From positions 1 through 58,910 of the IMG/VR virus record IMGVR_UViG_3300017694_000001: a DNA stretch of 58,910 nt. One strand, given 5' to 3'. This stretch comes from a virus. Under the pieces are notes generated by a model. It had not been told where the DNA came from, did not search any database, and worked only from the letters and a program-made list of their open reading frames with translations. The position numbers were made by a program, and so were the translations under genes. Below are positions 30,769-39,341 of the stretch, one piece after another (the stretch's first letter is position 1; each line of letters starts with the position of its first letter).

Positions 30769-31398
30769 ATGAGCGATTTGCAAATGGCCTTCTTGGCCGA
30801 AGGGCTGCTGGAGTTGTATTGGGATTGGCGCTTTGACGAGTTTTTGTACGTGCTGCGGGAAGGCGTCCGGCAGAATTGGGGCAAGACCTACGACCGGCTA
30901 GACCCGCCCACGATGTACGAGTGGTGCAAGGCCTACGCCGCCGCCCGCGAAATCCAGATTGACAATGAATCCTTTCAGGCACACGAGGCCCTGAAAAAAG
31001 CCGAGAAGCTGCCCATCAAGTCCGACTTGCGCCGGCACCCGCAGTTTGGCGCCCACTACGGCGACGCCCGTGCCCAACTCGACGCCCTGAGCGATGCTGA
31101 CCTGAAAGCCACTTGGCAGCAATACCGCCAACTAGATGGCCCCGAAAACGAATTTATTGCGGCCGTGGCCACCGAAGTCGTGAACGACCGCCGCACGCTG
31201 CACTACCTCTCGCAGATAGCCAAAACACTGCCCGCCGAAACTGCCAGCGACCGCGAAACCGAGGCCGAAGCGGAAGCCCACCGGGTAGAGGCTGCTTACC
31301 TGCGGGGCGACCGGGGCGCGGCTGGACTGCCGGCCTCACCAGTGCCCGGCCTCTACGACAACCTACCCGACGCCCCCGCCTTTGGGGCCGCACCCTAG
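30769..31398 (+). CDS. Hypothetical protein (replication module)
   Basis: 209 aa from the first ATG after the initiator stop. Track ORF 30478..31398 overlaps the initiator gene upstream. The start is uncertain (GTG 30757 and TTG 30731 are alternatives). Confidence 0.5.
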   Translation: MSDLQMAFLAEGLLELYWDWRFDEFLYVLREGVRQNWGKTYDRLDPPTMYEWCKAYAAAREIQIDNESFQAHEALKKAEKLPIKSDLRRHPQFGAHYGDARAQLDALSDADLKATWQQYRQLDGPENEFIAAVATEVVNDRRTLHYLSQIAKTLPAETASDRETEAEAEAHRVEAAYLRGDRGAAGLPASPVPGLYDNLPDAPAFGAAP

Positions 31399-31475
31399 CC
31401 CTAGAAGCCGCCCGCGCCGCTAGGTATTCTGATTTGCTTCAACTCCCCCAGCTTCCCTTTTAACTCCCCAGCCCC

Positions 31476-31862
31476 ATGAACAAGAAAGAACAAGCCGCCT
31501 TCGATGAACTGGAGCAAAAGCTTCGCCTCGCCAAAGCATTTAGCTGGACTTCGCCAGTAGCACCCGACCTGGCCCCGCCCACGGAGGGGCACAAGTTGTC
31601 GCGGGGCTATACCTACCATACCTACAGCACAATGGTTCAGCCGGCTTGCTCTAGTCGGAACCGAAGCTATCGCGGCGCACATGAGCTCCCCGAGCTAGGC
31701 CTTGCTAGCACTGGCGGGATTATGCTTTATTCCACTAAGCTTCTTGCTCTAAAGGCATTGCGCCACGAGGTCGAGCACGATTGCGCCCGCCGCCTGGCCA
31801 GCATAGACAAGCAAATAGAGCACGAGCTAGCCCTCGATGCCTCCCCCAACGGCACCGCCTAG
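31476..31862 (+). CDS. Hypothetical protein
   Basis: 128-aa track ORF. Confidence 0.55.
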   Translation: MNKKEQAAFDELEQKLRLAKAFSWTSPVAPDLAPPTEGHKLSRGYTYHTYSTMVQPACSSRNRSYRGAHELPELGLASTGGIMLYSTKLLALKALRHEVEHDCARRLASIDKQIEHELALDASPNGTA

Positions 31863-31900
31863 CCCTCCCCCTCTCTTTATAACCCCTAAGAAGCGCCGCC

Positions 31901-32236
31901 ATGCAAACCATCGAAGAACTTTTAACCAAGCCCTACGGGGAAATCTGCGCTGCCATTGCCGACTTGGGCCCGAAGGTGGAAGAAGCCCGCCTTCAGCATA
32001 AAGCGCTAGCCGACCAGCAGCGGGCGCTTATCGGGGCCCGCGAATTGATAAACGCTGACCTGCGCCCCGGTGACAAGGTGCGCGTGCAGGGCCGCTATGA
32101 TGGCCGAGTATGCCCGCTGGCCCTGGTTGTGGGGGCGGACGCTGGCGGCCCCCGCTTTCACCTGCTCGATAAGAAAGGGCAGCCCTGCGGCGATGAGTTT
32201 TCGGCCTTTATGCTTGAAGGATACGAGAAAATCTAA
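31901..32236 (+). CDS. Hypothetical protein
   Basis: 111 aa in a GCGCCGCC-ATG context. Confidence 0.55.
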   Translation: MQTIEELLTKPYGEICAAIADLGPKVEEARLQHKALADQQRALIGARELINADLRPGDKVRVQGRYDGRVCPLALVVGADAGGPRFHLLDKKGQPCGDEFSAFMLEGYEKI

Positions 32237-32307
32237 ATCTGGCGGCTCCCCTCCTATCTACCCAACGTGTACGCCGCGCCCGGCCTTGCCTTCTAAATCA
32301 ACTCACT

Positions 32308-32634
32308 ATGGACGCTTACAAAAGACTAGCCCGCTGGGCACTCACGGACGATACTGGCATGAGTAGCAAGGCCATTGGGCACCGCTATCTGGGTTTGCCA
32401 CCCGCCCACGGCTACTACAGCCACCCGCATGACGCAGGCGACTTTGGCCGCTGCTACCGCCTGTTGAACGCCATGCCTGAAATCGACATAGCCATTATGA
32501 GCGGGGCAAGTTCAGCGTGGAACAGGCTGGTAGGCAACTGGCCTGCCCTCACAATGGCCTACGAAGATGAATTGCCCCAAGGCCGCTGGCCCCTCTTTCA
32601 ATCCCTGCTCAATGACGTGCTGCACGCCGCCTAG
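32308..32634 (+). CDS. Hypothetical protein
   Basis: 108-aa track ORF. Confidence 0.55.
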   Translation: MDAYKRLARWALTDDTGMSSKAIGHRYLGLPPAHGYYSHPHDAGDFGRCYRLLNAMPEIDIAIMSGASSAWNRLVGNWPALTMAYEDELPQGRWPLFQSLLNDVLHAA

Positions 32635-32674
32635 CCCCTCTCCCCACTTCCCTACTAAGCCAGTAAGCCGCGCC

Positions 32675-32875
32675 ATGACTCCCGAAAAACAAGCCGAAAT
32701 GCTGCAAGAGGTGCAGCAAATGATTGACAACCCCGCGCTGGCTGCCTTTGTGCAGGAGTTGCCCGATGGTCGCCGCGTGATGCAAGTGGAATGCGTCGCT
32801 GGCCTACTATTTGAAACACTAAGGCAGTGCGAAGAAGCTGTAGAAGAAATAGTTAAGATGATTGAGTCAGCTTAG
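32675..32875 (+). CDS. Hypothetical protein (66 aa)
   Basis: ATG in a GCCGCGCC-ATG context. This is the C-terminal part of track ORF 32567..32875. Confidence 0.5.
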   Translation: MTPEKQAEMLQEVQQMIDNPALAAFVQELPDGRRVMQVECVAGLLFETLRQCEEAVEEIVKMIESA

Positions 32876-32967
32876 CGCCGCCCCTCTCCCTATAGGGAAG
32901 TAGCCGCCGCGAAAATCATGTGAAATAAGTTGCACAATCAATTTATAATCATTAACTTTAATGCCTT

Positions 32968-34011
32968 ATGAACCAGCAGCCAGCCGCCTTGTTTCCTACA
33001 CCGCCCGCCGTTGCCGAGCCAGAGGCGGTGGCTAATGCCCGCCGCCGGGACAGTTCGCCCTGGAATCGCATTCCGCCCGGCAGAGAAGGTGCCGTGACCG
33101 ACCGCCGCGCCCTGCTGAAAGTCTATGACGAGCAGGCCCGCCGCCTCTCTGAGCTAGAAAGCCAGTTGGCTGAGTTGCGAGCCGACCAGAAGAAACAGTT
33201 TGAGGGCGGGCTGTTCATGAAAAACTTCATCACAGAGCAGGGCAACGAACTGAACAAGGCCAAAGCCGACCTGGCCGCCGCCGAGGCCCGCGCTACTGGC
33301 TTACAGACCGAACTAGCCGAGCAGGAGAAAGAGAAGTTGGCGCTGGTGCAGGAATTAGCTGAGACGGCTGCCAATCTTGACCGCGCCGGGCAAAGCGGCG
33401 TTTGTATTCAGCAACTTGCTTTGAATGGCATTATCACCTTCGAGCAGTCCGAAGAGATGATGCAGGCACTTTCTAGCAAGGACTGGCACGAGTATTACCG
33501 ACTGCCTGGCACTGCCCCCGTGCGAAAAACTGCCGCCGCCCCCACCCTAGTAGGAGACGAGACACCCGCGCTGGCCGATTCGCAGTTGCCGTTCGACCCT
33601 GGCTTTACTCCGAAGTGCCACGGGTGCGGCCTACCCTCATTCGCTGCCCGGTGCCGGAATCAAGGCTGCCCTGCCAAGCATACGGTCGGCACCGAGCCGT
33701 GGCGGGCAGGAGCGGGCCACCCCAACGCCGCCCAGCAGAAGGCTTTGCGTGAGCGCGCCCCGGCCGTGGGCTCCATCTGGCAGAAGAAAGCTGACCCGAC
33801 TGAACAGGTGATTATCTGCGAAAGCACCCGGTGGGATAGTGTGGCCTTTCGCCGGCACCCACACTTCGCTGCTAATCCTGCCTTTAACCGCCTTCGCTAC
33901 AAGAAAGAACATTATTTCTTGTATGAATATGAGCAAGTTAGCGCGGCGGCCTCCCTAGTAGTAGAGAAAGGGCCGGCCGGTGCGGGGAAGGAGGTGGGCC
34001 ATGCTGCCTAA
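32968..34011 (+). CDS. Coiled-coil protein with C-terminal Cys cluster
   Basis: 347 aa. Heptad-rich region at aa 50-140, then ..CHGCGLPSFAARCRNQGCPAKH... Confidence 0.6.
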   Translation: MNQQPAALFPTPPAVAEPEAVANARRRDSSPWNRIPPGREGAVTDRRALLKVYDEQARRLSELESQLAELRADQKKQFEGGLFMKNFITEQGNELNKAKADLAAAEARATGLQTELAEQEKEKLALVQELAETAANLDRAGQSGVCIQQLALNGIITFEQSEEMMQALSSKDWHEYYRLPGTAPVRKTAAAPTLVGDETPALADSQLPFDPGFTPKCHGCGLPSFAARCRNQGCPAKHTVGTEPWRAGAGHPNAAQQKALRERAPAVGSIWQKKADPTEQVIICESTRWDSVAFRRHPHFAANPAFNRLRYKKEHYFLYEYEQVSAAASLVVEKGPAGAGKEVGHAA

Positions 34012-34240
34012 GTGGGTATTCTGGCGCTCCCGCCTTCGGGCTATTTGGTTTTTGCTCACCTCCCGCTGGTTCGTAGTCATCACCTCCAATAAGGATTCTA
34101 GCAAAATGAACGGGCAGTACAACGTTAACCATCCTTCGTTCCTATTCCTTGCTGAAAAGCTTGGGCCGCACATCGAAAACAACGAAGGGCAGGCCCAAGC
34201 GCTGCGGGAGGCGAAAGAAATTTTGGCGCGCCATGACTGA
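34001..34240 (+). CDS. Small membrane-associated hypothetical protein
   Basis: 79 aa from the ATG at 34001. Hydrophobic N-terminus (AIWFLLTSRWFVVI). Confidence 0.4.
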   Translation: MLPKWVFWRSRLRAIWFLLTSRWFVVITSNKDSSKMNGQYNVNHPSFLFLAEKLGPHIENNEGQAQALREAKEILARHD

Positions 34241-34574
34241 TGCAGTCCGCGCCCAGCTACTAGCCGCAGGGGCTAAGCTCTCGCCAGAGGGCCAGAAACC
34301 GACCGCCCCGCCCCGCAAAGCCACCGCCCCTACACCTGTGCCACCCGCCCCAATTGAGGCCCGCACAAGCGAAATAAAGCCGCTATCCGAAAACCGGATA
34401 GCGGCCCCCGCCTTCCTCGACCCCGAAACGCACTTAATCGGCCCCTACGCCCTAAGCCGAGCAGCAGGCAAGCACTACCCCGGCCGCTCTCGCCACGTCA
34501 TCACCGGCCCCGATACCCCCGGCCTCACCGAAGCCCTCGCTGCGGCCCTTCACGCTTTTACCGCCAAGCCATGA
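34233..34574 (+). CDS. Hypothetical protein
   Basis: 113 aa from the ATG at 34233, overlapping the previous stop. Confidence 0.45.
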   Translation: MTDAVRAQLLAAGAKLSPEGQKPTAPPRKATAPTPVPPAPIEARTSEIKPLSENRIAAPAFLDPETHLIGPYALSRAAGKHYPGRSRHVITGPDTPGLTEALAAALHAFTAKP

Positions 34575-34807
34575 AAGTATTCGTCACCAAGTACGCCCTG
34601 TCGTCGGGCATTGAAGAGAAAGAGGTTGAGGCGGACGCACGCTTTCCTGAGATGGTAAGCGTGCCCGACCAGTGGGATGAAATCTACCACAAGCCCGACT
34701 GGCACCTAACCAAAGAAGCGGCCGCAGCCCACGCCGAAGAGCTGCGCGTGAAGAAGATAGCCAGCCTGCAAAAATCTATTGGCAAGCTCGAAAAGCTCAA
34801 GTTTTAG
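34571..34807 (+). CDS. Hypothetical protein
   Basis: 78 aa with ATGA coupling. Confidence 0.55.
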   Translation: MKVFVTKYALSSGIEEKEVEADARFPEMVSVPDQWDEIYHKPDWHLTKEAAAAHAEELRVKKIASLQKSIGKLEKLKF

Positions 34808-34857
34808 CCCCCGCCGCCGCCCCGCCCTCCACTCCTTTATAGCCAAGCCCCGCCGCC

Positions 34858-35142
34858 ATGAGCAAAATTGAGCACACCGTTACGCCCGAGTTGGGCAAGT
34901 ATGATTTCGATGGGGAATGCGCCCCACACCGCAACCCGTCCCACAAGTGGGCCACCTTCACGCTCGGCATTTTTGAGTGGGAGGCCAAGAAGGGCTATCG
35001 GGTGCGGCAGGGTATCCCTATCCCGCCCAGCGGCCTGAAGCGTGGCAAGATACTCGTGCGCGTGAAGGGTGAAACGGCCAACCCTGAGCCTGCCTACGCC
35101 GAGGCCCGCGACCGTTGCAACATCTTGAATAACAAGGTTTAG
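34858..35142 (+). CDS. Hypothetical protein
   Basis: 94 aa in a CCCCGCCGCC-ATG context. Confidence 0.55.
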   Translation: MSKIEHTVTPELGKYDFDGECAPHRNPSHKWATFTLGIFEWEAKKGYRVRQGIPIPPSGLKRGKILVRVKGETANPEPAYAEARDRCNILNNKV

Positions 35143-35175
35143 TCCGCCCCCTCCACCAGATAGATAAGCCCCGCC

Positions 35176-35358
35176 ATGACCGGACTTCAAAAAATACTCA
35201 AGCGCCACGGCAAGATGAAAGTAGGTGATGTACTCTGGCAATGGGACTACGCCACCGACCAGCCGCGCCGCGCTTCTGAGATGACACTAGCCGAAAAAGT
35301 CGCCTCCACCCAGGCGCAAATCACCCAAATCCTTCGCCCCGTCTCTACAGGTGCTTGA
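35176..35358 (+). CDS. Hypothetical protein
   Basis: 60 aa in a GCCCCGCC-ATG context. Confidence 0.5.
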   Translation: MTGLQKILKRHGKMKVGDVLWQWDYATDQPRRASEMTLAEKVASTQAQITQILRPVSTGA

Positions 35359-35373
35359 AGCACTGCCCCCGCC

Positions 35374-35673
35374 ATGAAAGACCCCGTTAAAATCCGTGTA
35401 AAAGGTGGCGAATCCTTCGTGATGAACGCCAATAGCCCCCACCACTTGGCCGACCTTCAGGATATGACTGAAGATGATTCGTTGACGGCCGCCGACCTGG
35501 AATACCTGCCCGAAAGCAGTCTAACTAAAGATGACTGGCTAGAATTTGTTGGCGATGCACTCACAGACAACAACTACCACCCTGAGCGCCGAATTGTTGA
35601 GAATGCAGTTGGTTTTATGACTGAAGATAAAGCTGTTGAGTATCTGCGCCAAGTCGGTCGCGTGATGCCCTAA
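35374..35673 (+). CDS. Hypothetical acidic protein
   Basis: 99 aa in a CCCCCGCC-ATG context. Confidence 0.55.
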   Translation: MKDPVKIRVKGGESFVMNANSPHHLADLQDMTEDDSLTAADLEYLPESSLTKDDWLEFVGDALTDNNYHPERRIVENAVGFMTEDKAVEYLRQVGRVMP

Positions 35674-35721
35674 TCTGTCTTTCGCCCTCCCCTCAAGCGC
35701 TAGAAGGCGCACCCCGCCGAT

Positions 35722-35961
35722 ATGTTCAACCACGCTTTTATTGACAAGTACATCACCTTCGAGCACTTACAGTTGCTTATGGGCTACTTTGCCAGCCACT
35801 CCATGCGAGAACGTCCTTCGGATATGCTACATAGCATTGAGCGCCAAGGCAACGAGTACATCCTTCATGTAACCGATGCGGCATCTGGGTATTCTCATAG
35901 ATTTCGTATTGAAAACCAACAGGTTATTGACCTTGGAATTGACCGCCTTTGGATGAGTTAA
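35722..35961 (+). CDS. Hypothetical protein
   Basis: 79-aa track ORF. Confidence 0.5.
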   Translation: MFNHAFIDKYITFEHLQLLMGYFASHSMRERPSDMLHSIERQGNEYILHVTDAASGYSHRFRIENQQVIDLGIDRLWMS

Positions 35962-35981
35962 ACATTTTGAATCGCTCTGCT

Positions 35982-36281
35982 ATGCCTGAAAACCAACCTG
36001 TTTTGCTCTCCTCCGAACGAGTAGCCGAGATAGGCAGTGATGCCGAAGTTTACCCCGCTGGCTGTCAGCGCGCCGTGAATGAATTACTAGGCGACCGCGA
36101 AGCTTGGCTGCTAAAGCTGATGCGCGCCCAGCAAGACCTCATTGACTTCCGCCAACAGGTAGCCAACGCCTTTGAGTGGATGCTAAACACCGCCCGCGCT
36201 TCCGGTGATTTATGCCCCGAAGAAATATGCGCCGCCGCCACCCGCTTAGGCATCGACCTCCCCACCCTACCTAGTACGTAG
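35982..36281 (+). CDS. Hypothetical protein
   Basis: 99 aa from the ATG at 35982 (the track ORF starts at TTG 35949). Confidence 0.5.
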   Translation: MPENQPVLLSSERVAEIGSDAEVYPAGCQRAVNELLGDREAWLLKLMRAQQDLIDFRQQVANAFEWMLNTARASGDLCPEEICAAATRLGIDLPTLPST

Positions 36282-36292
36282 CCCCGCCAGCC

Positions 36293-36499
36293 ATGCCCCT
36301 CTCCTCTACCCTAGTCAACGAGGAAACTATTGCCACCCTCTACGACCATCTGCAAAGCGCCGCCGCCACCGCCCGCCACGTCTTAGCCACAGAGCCGCTA
36401 TCACCTGACAGTGAAAAGAAGCTGTGGGCCATTGTAGATAGCTGGACCTTTTGCCAAACCTCCTTGCTCGAAGGCGAAGTGCCTGAGCGTGAACGATAG
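36293..36499 (+). CDS. Hypothetical protein
   Basis: 68 aa. Junction reads TAG-CCCCGCCAGCC-ATG. Confidence 0.5.
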   Translation: MPLSSTLVNEETIATLYDHLQSAAATARHVLATEPLSPDSEKKLWAIVDSWTFCQTSLLEGEVPERER

Positions 36500-36506
36500 C
36501 CCCGCC

Positions 36507-36746
36507 ATGAGCCTGCAACCCATTTCCCACAAAGCCTACCGCGCCACCGTCAACTACAGTACGCCCCCCGACCGCCAACCCGCGCCCGAACAAGGCCAGC
36601 AAGTAGTGGCGCGGGCGACTTGGAAAATGGACGAAGATGAAATGTTCCCGGGGGAATTTGCCTGCTACATCGAGGAGCCCGCTGGCTTTCCGCTCTGGCT
36701 ACCCCAGCGCGATTTGATTTTTCACGAAGAAGTCGCCACCCCATGA
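36507..36746 (+). CDS. Hypothetical protein
   Basis: 79 aa. Junction reads TAG-CCCCGCC-ATG. Confidence 0.5.
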   Translation: MSLQPISHKAYRATVNYSTPPDRQPAPEQGQQVVARATWKMDEDEMFPGEFACYIEEPAGFPLWLPQRDLIFHEEVATP

Positions 36747-37309
36747 AACCACCCACCCACGGCCCCCAAAGCTTCCACGGTGCCCCCGGCCTGCGCGAGG
36801 GTGGTAGCCGAAGCTTCTATGAAGTAGCCCAGCAAGCGCCGGTCGTACCGCCGACACCCTTGCCCCCACCCGTTCCCGCTCGCCCGAAGCCCGCCCTGCC
36901 GCCCACGTTGACGCTGCGGTATGACGAGCGCGGGCCCATCTGCGAGCTATCTAAAGCGCTGCGCGCCCTGCTGCCCCCCCTGAAAGAGTGCGAACGGGTA
37001 CTCTTGGTAGTGCCACACCAGCGCGGCGGGCAATGGTATCTGGATACGAACCCCAAGCCAGGCGCTGGGTATCGCATTCCCAATGCCGAGCGGGCGCAGT
37101 TCCGGGTACAGCCAATAAGCAAAATTCACTTCATGCGCCCGGTACCTGTATTGGAAGGTGCTGGCGGGCGGCCTGGCAAGGGCGAAGACCGCCGGGGCGG
37201 GTTGGCGGCGGTAAGCAATACCAATGAAGCGGTGGGCCTGCTGCGCTTTCGCTTGGCGCTGGAAGTGCCCGGCCATCCCGGCTACTACCAGTTGCTACGG
37301 GAGTTGTAG
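36743..37309 (+). CDS. Hypothetical Pro-rich protein (last early gene)
   Basis: 188 aa with ATGA coupling. Its stop codon lies inside copy 1 of the late 21-mer. Confidence 0.6.
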   Translation: MKPPTHGPQSFHGAPGLREGGSRSFYEVAQQAPVVPPTPLPPPVPARPKPALPPTLTLRYDERGPICELSKALRALLPPLKECERVLLVVPHQRGGQWYLDTNPKPGAGYRIPNAERAQFRVQPISKIHFMRPVPVLEGAGGRPGKGEDRRGGLAAVSNTNEAVGLLRFRLALEVPGHPGYYQLLREL

Positions 37310-37365
37310 CGCGGTATCGGGTGGATGGGCCACAGCCGGGTGCGGGCCCGGGGCAATTTCGGGGC
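37295..37365 (+). promoter_or_regulatory. Late leader module, copy 1 (21-mer CTACGGGAGTTGTAGCGCGGT plus CAATTTC box)
   Basis: Exact 21-mer at 37295..37315. A/T box at 37354..37360. The GTG start at 37366 is 71 nt from the first base of the motif. Confidence 0.7.
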
Positions 37366-37887
37366 GTGGACCCGACAAAACCCGACACTCCAACACCCGC
37401 GCAACAGCCGCTCGCCACTTGGCGGGCTGCTTTCATTAAGGCGCTGTCTGAAAATAGCAACGTGAGCGCGGCGGCGCGGGCGGCGGAAGTGAACCGGCAA
37501 TACTGCTATGAGTGCCGCGCTAATGACCCTAGTTTTGCTGCTGACTGGGATGAGGCACTAAAAATAGCAGTTGAAGGACTAGAAGAAAGGGCTTGGAATC
37601 GTGCCAAGTTTGCCGATATTCAGTACAGGTTTACCAAGACGGGCGAACCGATAATGCACCCGGTTACGGGTGAGCCCTACTACGAGCACGTAGGCAGCGA
37701 CACGGTTCTTCTGCGCCTGCTAGAAGCCCACAAGCCCGACCTGTACAAGCAGCGGAAAGAATTGACTGGCAAGGATGGCGCGCCGCTCGTGCCCCCGCCG
37801 AACACCGATAACTTATCGCGTGAAGACCTGCTGGCTATTCTGGCAGTGCGCCGCAAGCTAGCCGGCACGGAGGGCCAGGATACGTGA
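37366..37887 (+). CDS. terS: Terminase small subunit (HTH type)
   Basis: ..WRAAFIKALSENSNVSAAARAAEVNRQYCYECRANDPSFAADWDEAL.. is an HTH. Lies immediately upstream of, and overlapping, terL. GTG 37366 is chosen by analogy with the other three late modules (the track ORF starts at 37321). Confidence 0.65.
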   Translation: MDPTKPDTPTPAQQPLATWRAAFIKALSENSNVSAAARAAEVNRQYCYECRANDPSFAADWDEALKIAVEGLEERAWNRAKFADIQYRFTKTGEPIMHPVTGEPYYEHVGSDTVLLRLLEAHKPDLYKQRKELTGKDGAPLVPPPNTDNLSREDLLAILAVRRKLAGTEGQDT

Positions 37888-39341
37888 GCGCCATTGATAT
37901 TCTAGCGGGCCTGCCTACTGAGCAGCAACTAGTAGCTGCCCTGTGCCGCCGCCGCTTCTATGACTTTTTCCTTGAGTTCTGGGAAACTATCGAAGCCGCC
38001 GACCTCGTGCCCAACTGGCACATTGAATTCATTTGCGACCAATTGCAAGAGGTGTATGAGGCGTGGGCCAGGGGCGAAAGCCAGGCCGACGTGCTTATCA
38101 ACGTGCCCCCCGGCAGCAGCAAGAGTACGACCGTAACCCAGCTGTTTCCGGCCTGGCTGTGGGTAAAGAACGCCACCGTGCGCGTTATCAGCAGCTCCTA
38201 CGCCGCCGACCTGAGCACGGCGCACGCTGTCAAAACCAGGGACTGCATCACATCCGACAAGTTCAAGGCCGTCTTTCCCGGTTTAATCCAAATAAAACAC
38301 GACGAAGGTGGGAAAACCGCTTACCGCAACACGGAAAAAGGCCAACGCTTCACTACTTCTACCGGGGGCCGGGTAACGGGTATGCACGGTGATTTCATCA
38401 TTGTGGACGACCCAATAAACCCGGAAGAATCGGAGTCCGAGGCTACCCGTTTTCGGGCTAACCGCTTCGTATCGAAGACGCTCAGCACGCGCAAAACCAA
38501 TAAGAAGCGCAGTGTCACCATCATGGTGATGCAGCGCCTGCACGAAGCCGACCCGGCCGGCACTTGGCTGGCGGGCAAGAAGCAGCTGCGCCACATCTGC
38601 CTGCCCGGCTTTTTGAGCGACGACGTACGCCCCGCAGAGGCACGCGATTATTATGTGGACGGCCTACTCGACGCTAACCGACTCGACTTGCAGGCCCTGA
38701 ATCGGCTGAAAGAAGACCTGGGCAGCTACGGCTATGCGGGCCAGATTCAGCAGCGTCCGAGCCCCGAGGGCGGCGGGAAGCTCAAAAAGACGTGGTTCCA
38801 CAAGATTAGCTGGCCGGACTTCCTAACGCTTACCAACGGCCAGAAGGTGGTATGGCAGTTCGATGCCGATACTGCTTTCACAGCTGACCAAAAGAACGAC
38901 CCTACCGGCATCATGTCCTCGGCCTACGTGGGTAATACACTCTACATCCGCTACGTGGAGTGGGTGCGTTTGGAAATGGGCCCACTGTGTCGCCACCTGC
39001 CAGAGTTCGTACAAAAGCACGGCTACACGGCGGACAGTATGCTCTACATTGAGCCCAAGGCCAACGGCAAAAGCACGGTGCAGATTATCCGCGAAAGCAC
39101 AAAGCTCAACGTGGCCGAAGCGCCTACCCCGGTAGGTTCCAAAATGGAGCGCGTCAACGCCGCCGCCCCCTTCGCGGAATCGCTGCGGGTAGTGCTCATC
39201 GATGGCAACTGGAACACGCCCTTTGTGGAAGAGCTGAGCGCCTTCCCCAACGCCGCCCACGACGAAAGCGCCGACTTGCTCACGCAGGCCATTCGGCGGC
39301 ACCAGCCACTTGAACAAAAGAAACAACGATGGGTAATCTGA
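37884..39341 (+). CDS. terL: Terminase large subunit
   Basis: 485 aa. Walker A-like VPPGSSKST, Walker B FIIVDDP, and MQRLHEAD. The C-terminal nuclease half has acidic residues. Confidence 0.9.
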   Translation: MSAIDILAGLPTEQQLVAALCRRRFYDFFLEFWETIEAADLVPNWHIEFICDQLQEVYEAWARGESQADVLINVPPGSSKSTTVTQLFPAWLWVKNATVRVISSSYAADLSTAHAVKTRDCITSDKFKAVFPGLIQIKHDEGGKTAYRNTEKGQRFTTSTGGRVTGMHGDFIIVDDPINPEESESEATRFRANRFVSKTLSTRKTNKKRSVTIMVMQRLHEADPAGTWLAGKKQLRHICLPGFLSDDVRPAEARDYYVDGLLDANRLDLQALNRLKEDLGSYGYAGQIQQRPSPEGGGKLKKTWFHKISWPDFLTLTNGQKVVWQFDADTAFTADQKNDPTGIMSSAYVGNTLYIRYVEWVRLEMGPLCRHLPEFVQKHGYTADSMLYIEPKANGKSTVQIIRESTKLNVAEAPTPVGSKMERVNAAAPFAESLRVVLIDGNWNTPFVEELSAFPNAAHDESADLLTQAIRRHQPLEQKKQRWVI

